From positions 8,034-72,033 of the forward strand of contig CALIBI010000022.1 in NCBI GenBank assembly GCA_938045815.1: a stretch of DNA of 64,000 nucleotides, written 5' to 3'. The stretch is from an uncultured Sulfolobales archaeon. Its GTDB lineage: Archaea; Thermoproteota; Thermoprotei_A; Sulfolobales; NBVN01. Below the pieces are notes generated by a model, which searched no databases, had not been told where the DNA came from, and saw only the letters and a list, made by a program, of their open reading frames with translations. Of this stretch, positions 1 to 9,279 are shown piece by piece. Positions within the stretch are counted from its first letter, which is position 1, and every line of letters begins with the position of its first letter. Both the position numbers and the translations under genes were made by a program.

Positions 1-1293
1 AGCGCCTTCATGATGGTGGGGCTCGTAGGACTAACATACTCTAGCGGAGTCGGAGCTCTAGGTTTTGAGTTAGCGTATTTGTTAGTTACGGTAATTCTGT
101 TAGCTGTTCTAGGACCTACTGTATGGGCTATGGCTAGGGAGAGGGGGTGGGTTAGTCCGTCCGAGATGCTTTCAGATCTCTACGAGTCTAAGCTAATAGG
201 GTATGTTGTTGTAACGATATACTTAGCCGCGATGATACCTTACGTCACAGCACAAATAGTAGGTGTTGCGGCAATATTTGAGGGTCTTGGTGTTGGGTAT
301 GAGGTAGGTATCCTAGTCATGAGTGTTCTAACGCTTGCTTGGGTGGTGCTGGCAGGCATGTGGAGTGTTGCTACTACCGACGCTTACCAAGGCTTGTGGA
401 TGTTGAGCGCGGCCGTGATTTTGGTTTTCTTATTACTGAATCAATTAATACCTTCATCAGGAGTTACGTTAAATCAAGTCTTGAAAGCCTTAAGCGAGAA
501 AGGACTTCTGGGAATAACTGGGTTCTGGACCCCGCAAACCTTCCTAGCCTACACAATACCGTGGATATTCTTCGCTGTTACTAACCCGCAGGTGGTTGTG
601 AGACTTTACGTACATAAAGACCTACATTCCTACAAGAAGTCAGTACTACTATTCTCAGTATTTGGTTTCCTATACACTATCGCGGTCGTCTATGTTGGAC
701 TCATTGTTAGAGGTTTGACGGAATTAGGTCTTTTCGAGGTTATTAGTAGATCAGATCTAGTAACCCCAACACTGATTTCAAGACTTCACCCAGCACTAGC
801 TTCCTTCATTTACATATCTATATTGGCCGCCGCTGTGAGTACTGCTAACTCAATAATACTTACGGTAGCTTCCTCGTTTGTTAGGGATTTAATAGAGAAG
901 CGTGGTGTGGGTAATGTAAGTGTTCTTAAGCTATCTAACACTATAGTAACACTACTAACGATTACTTCGGCTTACTTAGCCTACATAAGACTCGGTTTCG
1001 TAGTAGATCTTTCAGTCCTCACATCAGTCTTACTACTTCCTCTAGCTCCTGTAACTATAGCCGCTTTACTAATGCCTCGTGAGAGTAAAGATTGCGTGAT
1101 GAGGAGAGCAGCACTACTATCACTGCTGGTAGGAACCTTCATATCTTTTAGTTTCGCGTTAGTGCTAGGTCCTAGAAAAACCTTCCTGACCTCATATTAC
1201 GGTTTGCCAGTCTCCGCATTAACACTAATCATAACGTCAGCGATAATGCTTTCTGGTTACGTGATATCTAGGTTAAGGAAAAATAAGGACTAA
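1..1293 (+). CDS. Sodium:solute symporter family-like permease (5' partial, runs off the window edge)
   Basis: The frame is open from pos 1, with no stop upstream of the ATG at 10. It is a polytopic hydrophobic protein with about 11-12 helices. The SSF-like call is from memory of the family and was not searched. Confidence 0.5.
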   Translation, partial: SAFMMVGLVGLTYSSGVGALGFELAYLLVTVILLAVLGPTVWAMARERGWVSPSEMLSDLYESKLIGYVVVTIYLAAMIPYVTAQIVGVAAIFEGLGVGYEVGILVMSVLTLAWVVLAGMWSVATTDAYQGLWMLSAAVILVFLLLNQLIPSSGVTLNQVLKALSEKGLLGITGFWTPQTFLAYTIPWIFFAVTNPQVVVRLYVHKDLHSYKKSVLLFSVFGFLYTIAVVYVGLIVRGLTELGLFEVISRSDLVTPTLISRLHPALASFIYISILAAAVSTANSIILTVASSFVRDLIEKRGVGNVSVLKLSNTIVTLLTITSAYLAYIRLGFVVDLSVLTSVLLLPLAPVTIAALLMPRESKDCVMRRAALLSLLVGTFISFSFALVLGPRKTFLTSYYGLPVSALTLIITSAIMLSGYVISRLRKNKD

Positions 1294-1662
1294 AACAAGT
1301 CAACCATGTGTTTTTGGGTTTAATCTGCATCAAACCATCACACTCATACATAATCATAGACTCGAGAATCCTAACGAACCTATGCGAACTGACATAAAGC
1401 CTATAATAGACGTTCTCGTCTTTTAGGTCATAACCTTCAGACTTAGCAACAACAAGTAAACATAGTAGATTAACAGGTGATAAGTCAACAATAAGTTTTA
1501 AAGTCAGCCCGTAGTAATTAAACCTAAACCAGAGCAGGTCTGCAACTTTCACTCATTCGAGTCTGTAAGTGTTTTCACTAACGTTAATGAAAACGTGCAA
1601 ACAACAAAAACAAGGTTTCTACGGCTTTTCCCTGCGTGCTTTGAGTTTTGCTATTTCACTTA

Positions 1663-2286
1663 TTAAGGACAACAAGTCTTGCGTTTCACGAAATATAGTA
1701 TGAGAATAGCAACACCAACAACTACGAGACCTAACCCTACTAGATTGGGTTGTGTGGTGGTACTTGGATGAGTCGTTGTCTGAGTGATAGTATTCCCTAA
1801 ATCTGAAAGTAGGCTCGCGAATACTTCACTAGGTATCTCAATACTTGATTTAGTTTCCCCCAGGTAGACCACAACCACATCAGTCACTTTGCTTAACATT
1901 AATTCGTTCCAGAACTTAGTACTCTTTACTTCTCCTATTACTATCGCGACCGGAGCTCCATCAACTAATACTAGCGTTTGCGGTACTGCTAGGGCGTAGT
2001 TCTGGCTTAATCCGTGATTAAGCTCTATCGTAGCTAGCTCCCTAAAGAGATTTGATGCTGCCGTGTCCTCAACCCAAAAGAAGTAGCATTTTCCTTGGTA
2101 GTTTTCGTTGAAGAAATCGTGTAGAGCCCTACAGTGAGGGCAGCTCTTAGAACCAAAAACTACTAAGTTGTAAGTTAGGTTACTGCTCTCAGTTGAGAGC
2201 AAGCTCATAATGATGTAGCACGCTAGAAGTATCGTTAGTAATTGCGCGGGTCTCACACCGAAGTATTTGGTTTTATTCATGATCAC
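1663..2286 (-). CDS. Membrane-anchored extracytoplasmic thioredoxin-fold protein with a DsbA-like CPHC motif
   Basis: N-terminal signal/anchor helix; 'FGSKSCPHCRALHDFF' CxxC motif; cis-Pro-like 'AVPQTLVLVDG'; Thr-rich stalk 'TQTTTHPSTTTQP'; C-terminal TM helix followed by 'KRKTCCP'. Confidence 0.65.
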   Translation of the reverse strand: MIMNKTKYFGVRPAQLLTILLACYIIMSLLSTESSNLTYNLVVFGSKSCPHCRALHDFFNENYQGKCYFFWVEDTAASNLFRELATIELNHGLSQNYALAVPQTLVLVDGAPVAIVIGEVKSTKFWNELMLSKVTDVVVVYLGETKSSIEIPSEVFASLLSDLGNTITQTTTHPSTTTQPNLVGLGLVVVGVAILILYFVKRKTCCP

Positions 2287-2336
2287 TCACCAAGAGCCAA
2301 GTACTACTTAGTTAGAAGAAAAATATATTGCTTTAC

Positions 2337-3593
2337 TCACGTCCCGTACTCCCATGAAGTCAAGTATTTCACTTGCTCCTCCGTTAACCTATCTATCTCT
2401 ATATTCATTGAAGCTAGTTTAATCTCAGCTATTCTCTCATCTATTTCTCTAGGTAATACGTAGACCCGCTTCTCCAGCTTCTCCTTATTGTTAACTATGT
2501 ACTTGACTGCTAGTGCTTGATTAGCAAAACTCATATCCATTACTTCACTGGGGTGCCCCTCAGCTGCTACCAAGTTAACTAGTCTGCCCTCACCTATTAA
2601 GTAGAGTTTCCTCCCGTCAGGAAGCAAGTATTCTTCTAGGTTAGGTCTTACAACCCTCTTACTAACTGAGATTTTCTCCAAGTCCTCAACACTTACCTCA
2701 ACGTTGAAGTGTCCTGCGTTAGCTAGTATCGCGCCGTCCTTCATAACCTTGAAGTGCTCCTCCCTAATCACTCTCTTATTTCCTGTTGCTGTGACAAAGA
2801 TATCCCCTACTAAGCTTGCCTTACTCATCGGCATGACCTCGAAGCCATCCATAACAGCCTCCAAAGCTCTCACAGGATCTACCTCAGTTACTACCACTCT
2901 AGCACCCATGCCGCGCGCTCTCATAGCTATTCCTTTACCTACCCACCCGTACCCAGCAACTACGAAAATCTTACCTGCTATGAGGGTGTTCGTAGCTCTA
3001 AGTATCCCGTCAATTGCTGACTGTCCCGTGCCATACCTGTTATCAAACATGTACTTAGTTAGTGAGTCATTAACAGCTATTACAGGATATAAGAGTTTTC
3101 CACTCTTCTCAAGAGACTTCAGCCTAATAACCCCTGTAGTAGTCTCTTCAGTCCCTCCCCAAACCTTAGAACCTAAGTCTTTACGCTCGCTATGTAGGTA
3201 TGCGTGTAGATCCGCACCATCATCAATCACTATATCAGGTTCTGAAGAAACCACCCTAGATATGCACTCGTAGTATTCGCTGGATGTCTGCCCCCTCCAC
3301 GCGAACACGTGAATACCTTCAGTAGCTAGAGCCGCGGCTACGTGATCTTGTGTGGAGAGAGGGTTACTTCCAGCCAACCAAACCTCAGCACCACCACCAA
3401 CTAAAGTCCTAACTAAGACCGCAGTCGCTTTAGTTACGTGAAGAACAGCAGCCACCCTAACACCGCTTAAAGGCTTCTCCTTCGAGAACTCGCTCCTAAT
3501 CCTCATTAAGACCGGCATGTGTTTCTCAGCCCACTCAATCTCCCTAACCCCAGCTTCACTTAACCCTAAATCTGCAACCCTAAACATAATCAT
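2337..3593 (-). CDS. ahcY: Adenosylhomocysteinase (S-adenosyl-L-homocysteine hydrolase)
   Basis: 418 aa. '[10 protein letters not shown]', '[19 protein letters not shown]' and NAD-binding '[13 protein letters not shown]' are typical SAHH blocks. Confidence 0.95.
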   Translation of the reverse strand: MIMFRVADLGLSEAGVREIEWAEKHMPVLMRIRSEFSKEKPLSGVRVAAVLHVTKATAVLVRTLVGGGAEVWLAGSNPLSTQDHVAAALATEGIHVFAWRGQTSSEYYECISRVVSSEPDIVIDDGADLHAYLHSERKDLGSKVWGGTEETTTGVIRLKSLEKSGKLLYPVIAVNDSLTKYMFDNRYGTGQSAIDGILRATNTLIAGKIFVVAGYGWVGKGIAMRARGMGARVVVTEVDPVRALEAVMDGFEVMPMSKASLVGDIFVTATGNKRVIREEHFKVMKDGAILANAGHFNVEVSVEDLEKISVSKRVVRPNLEEYLLPDGRKLYLIGEGRLVNLVAAEGHPSEVMDMSFANQALAVKYIVNNKEKLEKRVYVLPREIDERIAEIKLASMNIEIDRLTEEQVKYLTSWEYGT

Positions 3594-3927
3594 TAACCCA
3601 ACACACTAACTACGTAAGAGCTTATAAATCAGGGCGGAACCAATGATCGACGCAGCCCCTACCGCTGTTTTCGGATTTCGCGAGTTTTTAAGTTAATAAT
3701 ACAGAACACATGACATCCTCTCTTTACGTCATTCGCTAGAAACTCCTCGTTAATATTCGCAGGTCATGAGACTTAAGGAGTAGGTGATGTAGAGGTGCGC
3801 GGGATCTCACCGAAGGTCCCGAGTCTGTTAGGGACTCAAGCAGGACACAAAACAAGATGAGGTGATGAGCTAGCACTAGAGCCGAATTACTTAGCGGACT
3901 GAATCTCGGTTCTTAGACTTTATTTGG

Positions 3928-5451
3928 GTGTCCTACACAACTTTATTAGTGGTTGGGGTGGGGTCTCTAGAGTTTAGGAAGCGGTGGGTTAAGATAACAG
4001 CGTTAGTTCTGATTGTCTTGCTACCGCTGACTTACGCTTACCTGACATACAGCTACACTGCGGGGATAATCGATTACATATCTGATGAGTGCTGGTACGT
4101 GAGTGCTGCGAGGAACACTTTATTAAGGTATTTAGGCTTAGAACCTTCCTCAACATCTGCTGGTAAGATTGTCGTGACCGTGGAGCTTGTTAGGTCATCG
4201 CTAGAAAGCGAGTACATGAAGACTGTTGCCAGTGTTAAGGAATACATAACGTCGAGCCTTAACGGGTCCTTAGTGAAGGACGAGTCATACTATAGGTTTA
4301 AATCGGACGGTAAGTTTCTTCCTGCGCTCTGCGCGGAGATTGACCCAGTGCTACTTAATAATCTAAGCTCGCATCCTAGTGTAAGGAGGGTCGTAGTAGG
4401 TTATTGTTACCCGAATGCTGAGGGTATTCTCGATTATATGAACTTTGAGCACCCTCCCCTAGTTAAGTACTTCATAGCTCTCACGATGTTCTTGATCGGT
4501 GATTTCCCCTCGTTTTGGAGGATTCCTTCAGTAATTGCGGGTACTCTAGTCTTAGTGGTTGTATTCCTCATATTTAGGGAGGTAGTTAAAGAAGATACTT
4601 GGTTGCTCCTAGGCTTCGCAGCCGCGTTAATAACAGCTTTCGACAAAACTTTCAGGTCTTTGAGCATGGTTGCTATGCTAGATATTTTTATTTCTTTATT
4701 TACTGTCTTAACACTGTACTTCACTCTGAAAGGCAGGCTGGGGCTTACGTCAATCTCTGTAGGGTTAGGTTTCGTTAGCAAATTTAGTGGTGCTTTCCCA
4801 GCACTACCGGCAACCCTGTACTGGGTAAGGAGAGATAAACCTGCTAAGGTTCTCTTGCTAATTATTTACGTACCTATAGTGATGTTAATAGTTTCAGGCG
4901 CTCCATACATCTTGAGAGACGGTTTCCTTTGGTGGTGGTCCTCCTCTGTTGAGGGGGCTTTCAGGTGGCACTTAAGCATTAAGACTACTGAGGGACCTCC
5001 GCAAGCAATGCCTTGGGACTGGCTAATAGGTAGGAATCCATTCCCACTCCATTATGTGTGGGACCCAAGTAGGGGTGAGTTCGTAGCAGACTTAATAGCT
5101 TCAGGCAACCCAATCCTATACCTACTCACAGTAGTTCTCTCAATACTAGTTATCCCGGTAATAAAGGACCTACCAGATAAGGGAGTTATCTACTCGTTTA
5201 CGTGGCTTACCTACCTAACTTACGTAGCACTATGGTTGCTGGGTGGTAAAACACAGTACAGTTTCTACGCAGTGCAGGTAGTTCCACTATTCTACATAAC
5301 TCTTGTGATGCTAGTGTACTACCTGATAACACCACACACAAAAATACTTGATGTCTTGAGGAGGTGGAGAAAGATAATAAGCACTGTAAGCATGTGGCTA
5401 GCTGGTGAAGTCTCTATAAGCCTTAAGCTAGTCGTGAGTGAGAGGAAGTAG
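3928..5451 (+). CDS. GT-C fold glycosyltransferase, PMT/GT39-like (dolichyl-phosphate-sugar protein glycosyltransferase family)
   Basis: GTG start. Polytopic membrane protein with a loop motif 'NFEHPPLVKYFIALTMFLIG', resembling the HPPL(G/A)K motif of the PMT/ArnT-type families, and a large luminal loop. Confidence 0.6.
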   Translation: MSYTTLLVVGVGSLEFRKRWVKITALVLIVLLPLTYAYLTYSYTAGIIDYISDECWYVSAARNTLLRYLGLEPSSTSAGKIVVTVELVRSSLESEYMKTVASVKEYITSSLNGSLVKDESYYRFKSDGKFLPALCAEIDPVLLNNLSSHPSVRRVVVGYCYPNAEGILDYMNFEHPPLVKYFIALTMFLIGDFPSFWRIPSVIAGTLVLVVVFLIFREVVKEDTWLLLGFAAALITAFDKTFRSLSMVAMLDIFISLFTVLTLYFTLKGRLGLTSISVGLGFVSKFSGAFPALPATLYWVRRDKPAKVLLLIIYVPIVMLIVSGAPYILRDGFLWWWSSSVEGAFRWHLSIKTTEGPPQAMPWDWLIGRNPFPLHYVWDPSRGEFVADLIASGNPILYLLTVVLSILVIPVIKDLPDKGVIYSFTWLTYLTYVALWLLGGKTQYSFYAVQVVPLFYITLVMLVYYLITPHTKILDVLRRWRKIISTVSMWLAGEVSISLKLVVSERK

Positions 5452-5560
5452 AGCTTAACGCACAACAACCAACAAACTCTTAAGAGGTGCTGGCAAGCCA
5501 TCTCAGCCTAAACCACTGATTTAAAAACTTAGCTAAGTAATTACTCAGGAGTGGAGTGAA

Positions 5561-8488
5561 ATGAGTAGTAAGTATGTTTACAGTTTTGATGAAGCTGACT
5601 GGAAAGACAAGAAATTGTTAGGAGGTAAGGGAGCTTCACTAGCACAGATGACTCAGTTAGGTCTTCCAGTACCTCCAGGCTTCATAATAACTACTCAAGC
5701 GTGTAGGGAGTTCTACGTATGCAGGCGTGAAGAGATTGACGCTATAGTTAAGGAACTTGAGAGAAACCCACCACCGCAGGTCAGGGACCAGCTAATCAAG
5801 AAGATATGGGACATAATAAGAGGTATGGAGTTACCTAACGGTCTGATAGCTCAAGTCCGCAACTACATGAAGAAGCTGGAGGAAGAAACAGGTAAAGTCT
5901 TCGGCTCCCCAGAAAATCCCTTATTAGTGTCTGTCAGGTCCGGTGCTGCTGTCTCTATGCCTGGCATGATGGATACTGTTCTTAATCTAGGAATGAACGA
6001 CGAAGTAGTTAAAGGTCTTGCTAGATTAACAGGGAATGAGTGGTTTGCTTACGACGCATACAGGAGATTCTTAGCGATGTTCGGCAGGATAGTTCTCGAG
6101 ATTAACGAGGAATTATTCAATAAAGTCTTCGACAAGTATGAAGAGGAATTCAAGGAGCAGGCTGAGAAACTCCACGCAAGCGAGTTAGAAGCTATTAAGT
6201 CTAAGTATCCTAAGTATACTTTAAGACTCGACGCTCAGCCCCCAGCAGATGTAGCTCCCAAACTATGGGAGCTTTCAGTAAACTACTTGAAGAAGATTGT
6301 TGAGGAGTATAAGGTAGTCATCAAGAACAACTGGGGTGAGTTTCCTCAAGACCCGTGGAAGCAGCTGGAGCTAGCAATAAAAGCTGTTTTCAGGTCTTGG
6401 ATGAATCCGAGAGCGATATTTTACAGGATGGCTAACAACATAACACCAGAGATAGCTGACTGCACTGCCGTCAATATCGTGATGATGGTTTTCGGTAACA
6501 TGGGCTGGGACTCAGGCACTGGTGTTTACTTCACTAGAGACGTTGCTACTGGTGAGAACAAACCATATGGTGAGTTCCTACCTAACGCTCAGGGAGAGGA
6601 TGTGGTAGCAGGTATTAGGACTCCGCTAAGCTTAGACGAGCTCAGAGAGAGGATGCCGGAAATATATGAGGAACTAATAAGAGCTGGTAAGCAGCTTGAG
6701 AAACTGAATAAGGACGTGATGGACATAGAGTTCACTATAGAGAGAGGTAAGCTGTACTTCCTTCAGAATAGAGTAGCTAAGATGACTCCCGTAGCTAGGG
6801 TCAAGACAGCTGTTGAGCTAGCTGAAGAAGGCATAATAACTAAAGAAGAAGCGATAATGAAGGTCTCTCCAGACATAGTGTTGAAGCTACTTTACCCGAG
6901 AGTAGACCCTAAGACCAAGGCAGAACCGATAGCTAAGGGATTACCAGCATCACCGGGTGCTGTGAGCGGTGAGATAGTATTTGATCCCGATACAGCGGTT
7001 CTTAAAGCCAGGGAAGGCAAGAAAGTTATCTTAGTTAGAGTGGAGACGAAACCTGATGATGTGCATGGCTTCTACGCTGCTGTAGGGATACTAACGTCTA
7101 AGGGAGGCATGACCTCACACGCGGCAGTAGTTGCTAGAGGGATCGGCAAGCCAGCAGTAGTCGGTGCTGAAGCAATAAAGATAGACTACGAGAAGAAGGT
7201 TTTTGAAGTTAATGGCAGGGTAGTGAAGGAAGGTGACTGGATAACGATAGACGGGAACACCGGCAATGTGTACGTAGGCAAGATACCCACCGTGGAACCT
7301 GAAATAATACCTGAACTCGATAAGTTACTCAAGTGGGCTGACAGTGTAAGGAAGCTCGGTGTTAGAGCTAATGCCGACGTGCCTGAAGACGCGTTCATAG
7401 CTAGGAAGTTCGGTGCTGAAGGTATAGGCTTACTAAGAATTGAGAGAATGTTCAGAAAACCGGAGAGGCTTGAGGCTCTCAGAAACGTAATACTTTCTGA
7501 GACTAAGGAAGCCAGAGAAGAACACTTGAAGAAACTTGTTGATATGATTAAGCCAGACTTTAAAGAAATGCTTAAAATAATGGATGGACTCCCTGTAGTG
7601 ATAAGATTGATTGACCCACCGCTACATGAGTTCCTGCCAGCGCCGGAGGAGGTGCTGAAAGAACTTTACGAAGTCAAGACCGCGTACCTAGAACTAGCTA
7701 ACTCCCAGATAGCTAAGGACTTAACACCGAACGTAATTAAGGAACTTGAAGAGAGAACGAAGAAGCTTGAGGTATTATACAAGAGAGTATCTACACTCAA
7801 GGAGCATAACCCAATGATGGGTCACAGAGGTGTTAGGGTGGGCGTAACGTTCCCTGAAATCTATTACTACTTATCAAGAGCTATGCTTGAGGCTGCTGCT
7901 GAATTAAAGAAGGAGGGATATAAGCCGATTCTAGAGATAATGATACCTCAGGTGGCGCACGTCAACGAAGTTAGGTTCGTTAAGCAGAGAGCCGTAATAC
8001 CAGCAATAAAAGATGTTGAGAGGGAGTACGGCATTGACTTAAGCGATGTTAAAATAGGCACAATGATCGAGACCGTCAGAGCTTGTTTGACTGCTGACGA
8101 GATAGCTAAAGAGGTAGATTTCTTCAGTTTCGGTACGAACGACTTAACACAGGCTACGTTCAGCTTTAGTAGAGATGATGTCGAGAATAAATTCATGCCA
8201 CAATACCTGGAGCACGAGATACTGCCTGAGAATCCGTTCCAGACAATAGATACTGTTGGTGTCGGTGCCTTAGTGAGTCTAGGTACTAGAGAAGGTAAGA
8301 AAGCCAATCCAAACCTGGAAGTAGGTATATGTGGTGAGCACGGCGGCGACCCAGAATCTATAATGTTCCTGCATAAGGCTGGTCTAGACTACGTAAGCGC
8401 ATCTCCTTTCAGGATAGTCGTAGCTAGGCTAGCAGCGGCTCAAGCAGCTGTCTCTGAGAAGTTAGGCAAGATCGGTGCTTCAGACTAA
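5561..8488 (+). CDS. ppdK: Pyruvate, phosphate dikinase
   Basis: 'GGKGASLAQM', phospho-His loop 'GGMTSHAAVVARGIGKP', 'NPMMGHRG', 'FSFGTNDLTQ', 'GICGEHGGDP'. At 975 aa it is longer than typical, with two helical insertions. Confidence 0.95.
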   Translation: MSSKYVYSFDEADWKDKKLLGGKGASLAQMTQLGLPVPPGFIITTQACREFYVCRREEIDAIVKELERNPPPQVRDQLIKKIWDIIRGMELPNGLIAQVRNYMKKLEEETGKVFGSPENPLLVSVRSGAAVSMPGMMDTVLNLGMNDEVVKGLARLTGNEWFAYDAYRRFLAMFGRIVLEINEELFNKVFDKYEEEFKEQAEKLHASELEAIKSKYPKYTLRLDAQPPADVAPKLWELSVNYLKKIVEEYKVVIKNNWGEFPQDPWKQLELAIKAVFRSWMNPRAIFYRMANNITPEIADCTAVNIVMMVFGNMGWDSGTGVYFTRDVATGENKPYGEFLPNAQGEDVVAGIRTPLSLDELRERMPEIYEELIRAGKQLEKLNKDVMDIEFTIERGKLYFLQNRVAKMTPVARVKTAVELAEEGIITKEEAIMKVSPDIVLKLLYPRVDPKTKAEPIAKGLPASPGAVSGEIVFDPDTAVLKAREGKKVILVRVETKPDDVHGFYAAVGILTSKGGMTSHAAVVARGIGKPAVVGAEAIKIDYEKKVFEVNGRVVKEGDWITIDGNTGNVYVGKIPTVEPEIIPELDKLLKWADSVRKLGVRANADVPEDAFIARKFGAEGIGLLRIERMFRKPERLEALRNVILSETKEAREEHLKKLVDMIKPDFKEMLKIMDGLPVVIRLIDPPLHEFLPAPEEVLKELYEVKTAYLELANSQIAKDLTPNVIKELEERTKKLEVLYKRVSTLKEHNPMMGHRGVRVGVTFPEIYYYLSRAMLEAAAELKKEGYKPILEIMIPQVAHVNEVRFVKQRAVIPAIKDVEREYGIDLSDVKIGTMIETVRACLTADEIAKEVDFFSFGTNDLTQATFSFSRDDVENKFMPQYLEHEILPENPFQTIDTVGVGALVSLGTREGKKANPNLEVGICGEHGGDPESIMFLHKAGLDYVSASPFRIVVARLAAAQAAVSEKLGKIGASD

Positions 8489-8503
8489 AAACGTTTTATA
8501 GCT

Positions 8504-8848
8504 TTAACATATCTTGGTGCCTGGACTCACAGGTTTTTCAACAGTTAGGATTACGGGTACTTCATTCTCGCCGCATCCTGCCGCTAGTAACATACCCTGT
8601 GATTCAAACCCCATCATCTTTCTTGGTTTTAAGTTGGAAACTACTATGATATACTTCCCTACTAGGTCTTCAGGACTGTACCACTCGGCAAGACCCGCTA
8701 CTAGCTGTCTCTTCCCTTTCTCACCTAAGTTAACTATCAACCTAATCAGCTTCCTAGAGCCTGGGATCCTCTCAGCACTCTCAACCAAACCGACTCTTAA
8801 GTCTAGTTTCTGGAAGTCTGAGAAATCCACGTATTCAGGCGAACCCAC
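8504..8848 (-). CDS. tRNA-binding domain protein (Trbp111/CsaA/EMAP-like OB fold)
   Basis: 'DFQKLDLRVGLVESAERIPGSRKLIRLIVNLGE...QLVAGL...VSNLKPRKMMGFESQGMLLAA' matches the tRNA-binding OB domain found at MetRS C-termini. Confidence 0.8.
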   Translation of the reverse strand: MGSPEYVDFSDFQKLDLRVGLVESAERIPGSRKLIRLIVNLGEKGKRQLVAGLAEWYSPEDLVGKYIIVVSNLKPRKMMGFESQGMLLAAGCGENEVPVILTVEKPVSPGTKIC

Positions 8849-8880
8849 CTAAACCACCAAACTAAACCTACACCACGAGT

Positions 8881-9273
8881 TTATAACTTGAGTGGCTTGA
8901 ACTTAACTACGTAAGGTACTCCACCATCAATAGTTTCAGCAGATCTCCTCACAGTAGCAACGACTCGCATACCGACACTCATGTTCTCAGGCTTGATATC
9001 CACAACCTCCGATAATACCTTAGCGTCACCCAGCCTAACCAACGCTATTATTATTGGTGTGAAGTCCTCGAAGCCTTTCGCAGGTACTTGAATAACCGTA
9101 TAACTAAGTACCTCGCCCTCACGCGGTAACGCTTCTTCCCTTAATTCTCTGGAACCGCATACAGGACACCTCATCTTTGGTGGGTATGTTATGTAGCCAC
9201 ACGAGGAGCACCTACTCGCAACTAGATTAAGTATTGTGTTCTTTAATCTCCACACTCTCTGAAGAGTGGTCAT
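8881..9273 (-). CDS. DUF35 Zn-ribbon/OB-fold protein (thiolase-associated)
   Basis: 'CSSCGYITYPPKMRCPVCGS' rubredoxin-like ribbon followed by an OB fold. Its start lies 6 nt after the thiolase stop. Confidence 0.85.
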   Translation of the reverse strand: MTTLQRVWRLKNTILNLVASRCSSCGYITYPPKMRCPVCGSRELREEALPREGEVLSYTVIQVPAKGFEDFTPIIIALVRLGDAKVLSEVVDIKPENMSVGMRVVATVRRSAETIDGGVPYVVKFKPLKL

Positions 9274-9279
9274 AACTAA

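Noticed and set aside
1268-1552. 94-aa GTG-start ORF on the minus strand in the gap after the symporter gene
   Set aside because: It has no recognisable motif, overlaps the symporter 3' end by 26 nt, and has no clear TATA or SD. It cannot be supported as a gene from sequence alone, although the gap is long enough that it remains possible.
2704-3273. 189-aa plus-strand ORF, and similar long antisense ORFs at 14877-15407, 21410-21922, 26482-26985, 40459-40824, 41433-41909, 53929-54282 and 55378-55791
   Set aside because: Each lies entirely inside, and antisense to, a gene with strong recognisable motifs (ahcY, pheS, acdA, moeA, serA, aminotransferase, rgy). The translations are low-complexity and Ser/Thr/Leu/Pro-rich, which is typical of shadow ORFs.
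5561-8488. PPDK is about 60-100 aa longer than typical bacterial enzymes; considered an intein or domain insertion
   Set aside because: The extra length comes from two short helical, Lys/Glu-rich insertions in linker regions. There are no intein splice-junction motifs and no homing-endonuclease blocks.
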